This document shows positions 49,338-56,089 of a DNA stretch of 64,000 bases, one piece after another. The position numbers and the translations under genes were made by a program. Position 1 is the first letter of the stretch. Each line of letters starts with the position of its first letter. The stretch is from an uncultured Clostridia bacterium (lineage in GTDB: Bacteria; Bacillota; Clostridia; UBA1381): NCBI GenBank assembly GCA_904395315.1, contig CAJFNT010000048.1, positions 2,387 through 66,386 of the forward strand. The letters are read 5' to 3'. The notes below the pieces were generated by a model. That model saw only the letters and a program-made list of their open reading frames with translations, ran no database searches and had not been told where the DNA came from.

Positions 49338-49824
49338 TGCCACAAGCTCCCTTCCTCCGAATCTTCTCACGGCGTATTTTGTCAAGCGCCGCCAGTCTTT
49401 CAAGTCTCGGCCTGTTGTACCGCTGGATCATTATAAACGGAATATTTCCCAGTACCCATAGCAGCCATATCACCGTGCCCGCCGCGCCCGGCGCTATCAA
49501 AACGCACGGAAAACCGAGGACAGCAATAAACGCATGTGTAAACTCTGCCACCCGAGTCTCTCTTATCATTATATCGTAACTGACGTCTCCAATACCATTT
49601 TTTGAAGGCATAAGCGACGGAAATATCCTGCTCATATCCGGCAGCCTGTCTTTCCACCGTTTGATCCCAAATTTCTCATAGAATTTTCCGTTTTTCTCAA
49701 ATCCGAATATATGAAAGGATCTGTCACTTTTGAACATATTTTTAGGCAGCAGTCTCCCAATAAAAAAAGACACACTTCCCAAAACGGCAAGATATGCCGC
49801 GCACAATATAATATCTATCATCAT
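49303..49824 (-). CDS. Small membrane acyltransferase-like protein (CrtO/glycosyl-diaponeurosporenoate-acyltransferase-like)
   Basis: 173 aa, 3-4 TM helices. FGIKRWKDRLPD and RETRVAEFTH motifs as I recall for that family. Weak assignment. Confidence 0.45.
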   Translation of the reverse strand: MMIDIILCAAYLAVLGSVSFFIGRLLPKNMFKSDRSFHIFGFEKNGKFYEKFGIKRWKDRLPDMSRIFPSLMPSKNGIGDVSYDIMIRETRVAEFTHAFIAVLGFPCVLIAPGAAGTVIWLLWVLGNIPFIMIQRYNRPRLERLAALDKIRREKIRRKGACGNEDIDTELQYR

Positions 49825-49866
49825 ACCACCTGTTTCATACTATCAATATAGCGAAATAACGATACT

Positions 49867-49894
49867 ATTATATCATACTTTTTTGATTTGTAAA
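49867..49894 (-). promoter_or_regulatory. Sigma-A promoter of the glycolipid gene trio
   Basis: TTTACA, 16 nt, TGaTATAAT. Confidence 0.5.
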
Positions 49895-49930
49895 GTGTGT
49901 TTGACAAAATTCATCATTTTTACTGCAAAT

Positions 49931-49980
49931 GAAAGAAAAAGATCGGCGGTGACGCCAAAGTATAAACTTTGGCATACACC
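49931..49980 (-). terminator. Candidate terminator of the agr-adjacent non-coding transcript
   Basis: Minus strand GGTG-tat-GCCAAAGT-ttat-ACTTTGGC-gt-CACC, then GCCGAT and CTTTTTCTTTC. Confidence 0.45.
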
Positions 49981-50534
49981 CGACTCATACATAAATATGC
50001 AAATGAGTATACCCTAAAAGCCCGCCGGCTCATGCCGTCTCCGGGAGACTTTAACGGCACAGCCGAACGGCCAATCAGATCTCAGTCTCCTATGAACACC
50101 ATTCGGCACAACTTAATCGACAATATTTTATCAAAAAGTAACACTCTTATGTGTGCACAGAAAACGAAATGTTGCTGTTAAATCAGAGCATACGCCCTTT
50201 AAAATATTCATTTTTACTTATACACCGCAAAGTGCTATATCGTAAGTACCCTTTCGCTTTACCGGTCCAAGCAATCAGATACCACACATATAGACTTTCG
50301 CTCGCTGCGTATTTTTCAAGCCCTGTTTTCCGCCGGCAGAAAACCTCTCCCGTTCGGGGCTTGAAAGCGACTTTGAAGCCACAAAACTGCCTCCCGGTCC
50401 CATTCATTTATCGGTTTTCATGGAAAGAAAAGAAACCGAGACGTGAAAAATTGTGAGCATTGTAAATTAAGAAGCTCCTTTATTTACAATATAATAGGCA
50501 ATTGTGACACATTCATCTAACAATCACCTACCAC
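49931..50534 (-). ncRNA. Candidate ~0.6-kb LytTR-dependent non-coding RNA (RNAIII-like, hypothetical)
   Basis: Bounded by a direct-repeat-dependent promoter (50541-50609) and a hairpin plus U-tract (49931-49980). No ORF longer than 26 codons has an SD. Several GC-rich hairpins sit in an otherwise AT-rich stretch. Confidence 0.35.
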
Positions 50535-50540
50535 AATATA

Positions 50541-50609
50541 ATTTTACTATATAACATTTGATAAGTCAATACCATATGCAGGATTGGTCTTATTTCTACA
50601 GTATTGGTG
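50541..50609 (-). promoter_or_regulatory. Second LytTR-type direct-repeat operator + promoter
   Basis: Plus-strand TGCAGGATTGGTC (50577-50589) and TACAGTATTGGTG (50597-50609), 20-nt period. A 6-nt gap to GTCAAT (50565-50570, minus-strand ATTGAC), then 17 nt and TAAAAT (50541-50546). Confidence 0.6.
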
Positions 50610-50644
50610 CACGATTCGAAAAATCATAAAAAGCCGCCCCCATA

Positions 50645-51247
50645 TCAGAGGACAGCTTTAGTGCGTCTTTTCTGCTGCATGATCCATCCAACAGCCGCAA
50701 ATATTGCCACAGTGATAATCCCGACAGCTGTGACCACCGCAAATCTTTCTCCGTACGGTATAAAGCCGACATAGTTCAGTATAAAAAATACTGCAAGGAA
50801 TATGCTTACCACGATCACGCTTCTGCGTTTAAAAACCTTCCTCTCTATATCATCAAGGGGTTTCTTTTCCGCTTCCACCGGAGCTGTCACATACATGACA
50901 GCAGCCGATACAACGGTCATCATAACAGTAACGGTCTCAGAGAAAGGCCAATATCTTATAGCTGTCAATACGGCCGCGTATATTATACATGACGATATAT
51001 AACATCTAACGGCATTTTTCGCATGGCTTCCTCCGACATATTTTCTGATACATTTATAAACGATAATAAACACTGCGATCTCTAAAAGCATATTCGTAAA
51101 AAGTCCTATCGCCAAGGCGGACAATATGTTTGCGAAAGTTGTCAGAAATGTATTCAGACCATATGTATAATCCTCCGCGTCGTCCGCCTTAACGATCTCC
51201 TTTCGGACTGCACTGCCCACCAACCGTTTTGACAATGCCTTAAACAT
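50645..51247 (-). CDS. agrB: AgrB-family autoinducer-processing membrane peptidase
   Basis: 200 aa, ~6 TM helices. RKYVGGSHAKNAVRCYISS carries the catalytic His and Cys 7 residues apart, as in AgrB. Confidence 0.8.
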   Translation of the reverse strand: MFKALSKRLVGSAVRKEIVKADDAEDYTYGLNTFLTTFANILSALAIGLFTNMLLEIAVFIIVYKCIRKYVGGSHAKNAVRCYISSCIIYAAVLTAIRYWPFSETVTVMMTVVSAAVMYVTAPVEAEKKPLDDIERKVFKRRSVIVVSIFLAVFFILNYVGFIPYGERFAVVTAVGIITVAIFAAVGWIMQQKRRTKAVL

Positions 51248-51249
51248 TA

Positions 51250-51405
51250 TCAGAATTTGCGGTACTTCTTAGCTCCGCTCGGAAGTTCGTCCTGCCCCTG
51301 GAACCAACAGCTTGAGGAATTGGCCACCGATGCAAGCATGAAGGTAGCTACAACAGGTATAACTCCAAGCAACGCCGTGTACAGCTTCTGCAACTTCTTT
51401 TTCAT
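51250..51405 (-). CDS. agrD: AgrD-like autoinducing-peptide precursor (51 aa, not in the ORF track)
   Basis: My own translation: MKKKLQKLYTALLGVIPVVATFMLASVANSSSCWFQGQDELPSGAKKYRKF. SD AAAGGGAG lies 9 nt upstream. The stop is 2 nt before the agrB ATG. Layout: amphipathic leader, a single Cys, an acidic/Pro recognition tail. Confidence 0.7.
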   Translation of the reverse strand: MKKKLQKLYTALLGVIPVVATFMLASVANSSSCWFQGQDELPSGAKKYRKF

Positions 51406-51465
51406 TGGTATCAGCTCCCTTTCATTGATTTATACAGCCTGCTTCATTGGCTGTATTTCAATAAA

Positions 51466-51538
51466 ATGATACCTCAAACATGAAAAAAAGTCAATAATGC
51501 CTGCAGGATTGGTCATTTTTCTGCAGGATTGGTCATTT
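51466..51538 (-). promoter_or_regulatory. LytTR-type direct-repeat operator + promoter of agrD-agrB
   Basis: Two perfect copies of CTGCAGGATTGGTCATTT (51501-51518, 51521-51538), 20-nt period. A 6-nt gap to GTCAAT (51490-51495), then 16 nt and TATCAT (51466-51471). The repeats overlap the kinase stop codon. Confidence 0.65.
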
Positions 51539-52861
51539 CAGATCGTGTTCTGTAGATTCCCGGCAGCTCAGCGCAAAATAATTTATTATTATCAGCGTGT
51601 TAAACACCCGTGCACTGTGGTCATAGCTCCACTTTAACCTCCCGTCATACCTCTCCAGCGCATGATTTATACTTTCCATCCCTATACCATGCACATCACT
51701 GTCATCCTTTGACGATATCAACAGACCATTGTTATTCTGAGGCGGTCTGCCGCAGCTGTTCTCTACTTTGATAACGATATAGGCATCGTTCATTCCGTAA
51801 ACGCTGAGGAATATCCTCTTTTCTGCCGAGCGCCTGCAGCTTTCTATAGCGTTGTCCATCAAATTCGCAAAGATCGAAACGACATCGAGTTCCGCCAAAA
51901 ATGAAAGATCGATATCCTGCGCGTAGATCTGAAAAACGATGTCCTCACCGATACATTCCTCTGCTTTCTGTGAAAGCAGTATATTCAAAGCTTTATTGTT
52001 CGTGTATTCGGTAAGCAGAAATTCTTTGTTTTTATTCTCGAGGTCGTGTATCACAGACCGGACATCATTCTGATCCGCATTGAGCATTCCCTCGATATTT
52101 CTGCAATACTTTTCAAAATCATGCACCATTATCCTCAGATCGTCATATTTTTCTTTTATGACTCTGTAACTTTTAAGATCCGTCTCTCTTTTGCTCTCTA
52201 AAGCCTGCAAGTGTCGTATCTTTCGATTCTTTTCCATTATCCTGTCGCACACTATATAAACTACAAAGTTTGTAAGTATAAGCAACAGGCACAGCAACAC
52301 TGCCACCCACTGATTCTCTCCGCTCAAAAGTGTATGTATCTTATTGAATATACTCAGAAAAATACATGTTGACAGCGGAAGCAGCAGCAGCCAATATGCT
52401 TCCTTTGCCTTGTACTTTTGACTTCTGCTTATGGATATCCTTCTAAGTATTATTACCAAAACACAGTATACAACTTTTGACGTAAGATAAAATATAATAT
52501 CATCTGCTGTTGTAATAGTATGATATAGTTCAGGCTCTATTTTCACGTTTACAATAAGTGCTGCAACTAGCTCTCCAAACATCATAAGGACAGTCAAAAT
52601 TCCAATTTTTATAAGCATGTCACTTAATGTTTCAATGAATCCAGCATACAGTACGATACCATTAACCACTATAAAGCCAATTACATTAACAGCTGTACTT
52701 TGGGTCATACATACCAAACAATATACTGCATATCCAAATACAATAATTATATTACTTCTTATTCTTGAATGTCTGTACTTCATAATTGAATTTGTATAAT
52801 AAATCATTATCAAGCATTCAGATATAATAGGAAGTATGGTGGTAACAAATATAGTATTCAT
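51533..52861 (-). CDS. AgrC/HPK10-like sensor histidine kinase (polytopic sensor + GHKL ATPase)
   Basis: 6-7 N-terminal TM helices, H-box MVHDFEKY, N-box IFANLMDNAIESC, G-box DVHGIGMESI. The start overlaps the RR stop (ATGA). Confidence 0.8.
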   Translation of the reverse strand: MNTIFVTTILPIISECLIMIYYTNSIMKYRHSRIRSNIIIVFGYAVYCLVCMTQSTAVNVIGFIVVNGIVLYAGFIETLSDMLIKIGILTVLMMFGELVAALIVNVKIEPELYHTITTADDIIFYLTSKVVYCVLVIILRRISISRSQKYKAKEAYWLLLLPLSTCIFLSIFNKIHTLLSGENQWVAVLLCLLLILTNFVVYIVCDRIMEKNRKIRHLQALESKRETDLKSYRVIKEKYDDLRIMVHDFEKYCRNIEGMLNADQNDVRSVIHDLENKNKEFLLTEYTNNKALNILLSQKAEECIGEDIVFQIYAQDIDLSFLAELDVVSIFANLMDNAIESCRRSAEKRIFLSVYGMNDAYIVIKVENSCGRPPQNNNGLLISSKDDSDVHGIGMESINHALERYDGRLKWSYDHSARVFNTLIIINYFALSCRESTEHDLK

Positions 52862-53589
52862 CCTAGCTTATTTGCCAGCATAAAAAAGCTTTCATCAAAT
52901 TCCTTATATCTCCTCCTTGTCATCAGCGCAGTATATTTATTGCCGGCATAGCTCATGATGACATTGCTCTTAGTATACTTTACAACATATTTAAGATTCA
53001 CATAATAACTTTGATGAGGCTGGCAAAAATAATTCACCTCTTTCTCTATCATATTTTTCACATCGGAGAAGATCTCCTCCGCTTCAAACTCACCGTACAC
53101 AGTCGATGTCACGTGAGTATGACGTCCTGAGTTCGCAATATAGATCACAGAAGAAATATTCAATTCGACCTTTTGCTTGCTCCGAAGCCGGGTAACGATG
53201 ATACGCTTTGTTTCCGACTCTATCTTTTCAATAACCCTGTCAATGCCTACGCTCAGTCTGCGCCTGTCGATAGGCTTACCCAAAAATCGGATAGCTTTCA
53301 CGTCGAATGCGTTATCAAGATAAAACGGATAATTCGTTACAAATATCACAAGGCAACGGCTGTTCCTTTCAGCTATTCCCCTTGCAAGATCTATCCCATT
53401 CATTTCCTCCATCTCAATATCAAGCACGGCAAGATCATACTGTTCAGCCCTGTCAAGCAGATCGGCAGGTGAATCATATTTATGGATCAAAAATTCAATA
53501 TTCTTCTCAACGCATAAGCTACCTATCATCTCCATCTCCTCGTCAAGCGCTTTGCTCTCGTCATCGCAAACTGCTATCCTCAATTCCAT
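52858..53589 (-). CDS. LytTR-family response regulator (AgrA-like)
   Basis: Receiver domain (IAVCDDE...LAVLDIEM) plus a C-terminal LytTR DNA-binding domain (IYIANSGRHTHVTS...CQPHQSYYVNLKYV). Confidence 0.85.
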   Translation of the reverse strand: MELRIAVCDDESKALDEEMEMIGSLCVEKNIEFLIHKYDSPADLLDRAEQYDLAVLDIEMEEMNGIDLARGIAERNSRCLVIFVTNYPFYLDNAFDVKAIRFLGKPIDRRRLSVGIDRVIEKIESETKRIIVTRLRSKQKVELNISSVIYIANSGRHTHVTSTVYGEFEAEEIFSDVKNMIEKEVNYFCQPHQSYYVNLKYVVKYTKSNVIMSYAGNKYTALMTRRRYKEFDESFFMLANKLG

Positions 53590-53662
53590 TGTCTCATCTC
53601 ACAATCTCCACGTATCACAGCACCTATGATACACTTTATTTCCACAATTTTTTCACATTAAT

Positions 53663-53691
53663 ATTATATATTATCCTTTCGGATTAGTCAA
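53663..53691 (-). promoter_or_regulatory. Consensus sigma-A promoter of the RR-HK pair (no direct repeats)
   Basis: TTGACT (53686-53691), 17 nt, TATAAT (53663-53668). Confidence 0.55.
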
Positions 53692-53720
53692 TGAAAAAAT
53701 AATTTAACTTCCTTTTTGGA

Positions 53721-53751
53721 CAAAAAAATACAGCGGAACATATTGTTCCGC
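53721..53751 (-). terminator. Intrinsic terminator of the GH105 gene
   Basis: Minus strand GCGGAAC-aatat-GTTCCGC followed by TGTATTTTTTTG. Confidence 0.8.
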
Positions 53752-53769
53752 CGCATTATGTGTTATTTA

Positions 53770-55911
53770 TTAAGCAAGGAAATCACTAAGTCTTATTACC
53801 TCGATACCAGCAAGCATTACTATGCCTGTTCCATGCGTATCGTTAAGGTTCCAGCCCAGCTCATACTTATAATAATCCGGAATGAACGAGAACTCCGAGC
53901 CGCGGCATACACCGTAAACGTTCCCATTTGAATCAACGCTCGTTTTTGAGATCGCTTTCCAACCCTTATATACAGACTTCACATATTTTTCAGGATCTCT
54001 AAGCCATCCGTATCTTACGCCTCTTGAAAACGCGTATATGAACATAGATGTGCACGACGTCTCAGGATACGAATCCCAGTCGGTTATTACCTGATGCCAC
54101 ATTCCGTCCTCATCCTGAAGCTTGAGATACCCCTCGCAGAGCGTGTTTAAAAATTCTATAAGATCGCCTCTGAGCTCGTGATCCTCCGGTAGCTCAGCAA
54201 GCAGCTCCGTCATAGAGAATACGACCCAGCCGTTTCCGCGTCCCCACGGAACACCTGTCTTTGTATCATATTTAAAGTCATACACATGAGACATTATCTG
54301 CTGCTCGGGCATGTACAGAAGCTTCTTGAATCCAAAGAACTGTCTTGCCGCATCATCAGCATACTTTATATCGCCCGTAAACTTATAATATCTCGTAAGA
54401 AACGGTACGCTCATGTACAGATCATCCGCCCAGAGAGTCTGGTTGTGGAACGAGTGCATGAGATCCTTTCTGTAGAAAGTACCATCGGGCAGTCTTGACA
54501 TCTTATTGAATATGAAATCACCGACATAATCAGCTACTGCCTTAACACCGTCAAGAGGCATATACTTGTTTACCTCAAGCATAGTTGAAGCGAACGAGCC
54601 GCAGTCATCAAGACTGTCGATACTTGTGAGCAAATTATGTATCGATGTAGCGCCGCCGTACTGCTCCTTATCCCAGAGCGCATATTCGAGCGTATCGCAG
54701 CAGAGCTGAACATGATCATGTATATATTGCTTTATATCCTCCGAGCCAAGCTCCAATGCCGTATGGAGGAGACCATAGATCGTTACGCCGAGAGGATAAT
54801 TCCAACGACCGTAAAGTGTATTCTCATTGTACGGACGAACAAAAGTATCTGCGGCATTGAGTCTCCAATATGTTTTCGGCTCGCCTACAACATGGTGCAT
54901 ATCGCAGGCTCTGTCATATGGGAATTCAAAATCAGCCTCAAAAGGTCCTATGTACATCCATACATCGTCAGTTCCCTTGACCTCTGCAGCGCTTTCAAGC
55001 TCAATACCGTCCACAGTGAGCTCAAAGCCCCAATCGTCTCCGCCGCAGACCGACTTAACAAATATATCATGGGTCCCAAACTTGAGATCAACATCAAATT
55101 CAGCATCGCCGCCCTCTGTGGAGTATACCTCCTCGCGGTCAACATATACCTTGCATGCGCCTATGCTCTTCAAACGGAACTTATAAGCCTTGCCGCCCAT
55201 CTCGTCAAAGAACGCCTTCGTCCATGCCATAGCATATTTGCCCTCGGGAGTCCCGAACATATGCGTGAGCTGTCCCTTGCCGTCATCGGCAAACGATACA
55301 TCCGGATAGAGCTTCTTATCAAAGTCAGCCTCGCTCATACCTATCTCGAATTCAGGAACATAGCTGTCGTCAACCAGCTCCGTATATACAAAGCCTTCCT
55401 GTCCGTCACGCTCCTTTGTTGGCATCAATGTATACAGATCCCACTTTCCTATCCATGTGCCGAACTGCGCGCCGAAACCGGCTTTCGTCTTTTCCCAGCG
55501 GATACGTATATCGTTCCAGCCAGGCTTAAGATTTATAAACACGCGCGTTGCCGTTTCCGAATATCTCTCTTTAAATATATCTGACTTATAAGCTACTTCT
55601 CCGTTTACATACATTATCATCGGTCCGAAGCAGTTGATATCAAAACCGTTCGAGCTTTCCGCGTCGCTCCAGAGCTTTGTGAACGCCCAAACGCAGTCCT
55701 TATCCTTGCTCTCAGGGAATATCTTGTTGAAATCCACAAGATAACGATAGTCTGTTGTACGAACTATACCCTTGTTGGTATATGCTCTGTAGTATAGATC
55801 ATGCTTGAGGTTTTGACCCATAAAACGGTACGCCAAAGACGAGAGAATAGCCTTTGCGTCAGTGCCCTCATATGCATATATGCTTTTTGAATCATCAAAA
55901 TAATATCCCAT
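53770..55911 (-). CDS. GH105-type unsaturated rhamnogalacturonyl hydrolase with ~330-aa N-terminal beta-sandwich extension
   Basis: C-terminal (alpha/alpha)6 motifs RWNYPLGV, WADDLYMSVPFL, PWGRGNGWVVFSMTELL, CTSMFIYAF, GTGIVMLAG (YteR/YesR-like). No signal peptide. Confidence 0.8.
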   Translation of the reverse strand: MGYYFDDSKSIYAYEGTDAKAILSSLAYRFMGQNLKHDLYYRAYTNKGIVRTTDYRYLVDFNKIFPESKDKDCVWAFTKLWSDAESSNGFDINCFGPMIMYVNGEVAYKSDIFKERYSETATRVFINLKPGWNDIRIRWEKTKAGFGAQFGTWIGKWDLYTLMPTKERDGQEGFVYTELVDDSYVPEFEIGMSEADFDKKLYPDVSFADDGKGQLTHMFGTPEGKYAMAWTKAFFDEMGGKAYKFRLKSIGACKVYVDREEVYSTEGGDAEFDVDLKFGTHDIFVKSVCGGDDWGFELTVDGIELESAAEVKGTDDVWMYIGPFEADFEFPYDRACDMHHVVGEPKTYWRLNAADTFVRPYNENTLYGRWNYPLGVTIYGLLHTALELGSEDIKQYIHDHVQLCCDTLEYALWDKEQYGGATSIHNLLTSIDSLDDCGSFASTMLEVNKYMPLDGVKAVADYVGDFIFNKMSRLPDGTFYRKDLMHSFHNQTLWADDLYMSVPFLTRYYKFTGDIKYADDAARQFFGFKKLLYMPEQQIMSHVYDFKYDTKTGVPWGRGNGWVVFSMTELLAELPEDHELRGDLIEFLNTLCEGYLKLQDEDGMWHQVITDWDSYPETSCTSMFIYAFSRGVRYGWLRDPEKYVKSVYKGWKAISKTSVDSNGNVYGVCRGSEFSFIPDYYKYELGWNLNDTHGTGIVMLAGIEVIRLSDFLA

Positions 55912-56046
55912 GTTTTTACTCCTCTCGTTTCACAGAATTTCTGTAAATGGTTACATATATTATATAACCATACGATGGTATTTGTCAATTATCAATTGAA
56001 AATTTCACGCTTTTTTAAACAAATTAAACTGAATAGATCCAACACA

Positions 56047-56079
56047 CAAAAAACAGCACGGGAACAACGCGTCCCGTGC
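56047..56079 (-). terminator. Intrinsic terminator of the SLH/cohesin-like gene
   Basis: Minus strand GCACGGGA-cgcgttg-TCCCGTGC followed by TGTTTTTTG. Confidence 0.8.
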
Positions 56080-56089
56080 CACACTTAAA

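Noticed and set aside
50183-50407. 74-aa ORF (MNGTGRQFCGFKV...) and the plus-strand ORFs 49969-50181 and 50151-50456 inside the agr-adjacent gap.
   Set aside because: They have no Shine-Dalgarno sequence and extreme basic or Cys-rich composition. They overlap one another on opposite strands and resemble no protein family I know. I treat the region as non-coding.
54637-55584. 315-aa plus-strand ORF, and similar long antisense ORFs (for example 41659-42399, 37851-38465, 13957-14469, 26932-27393).
   Set aside because: All lie entirely inside well-supported genes on the opposite strand. They lack SD sequences and have low-complexity, biased compositions typical of shadow ORFs.
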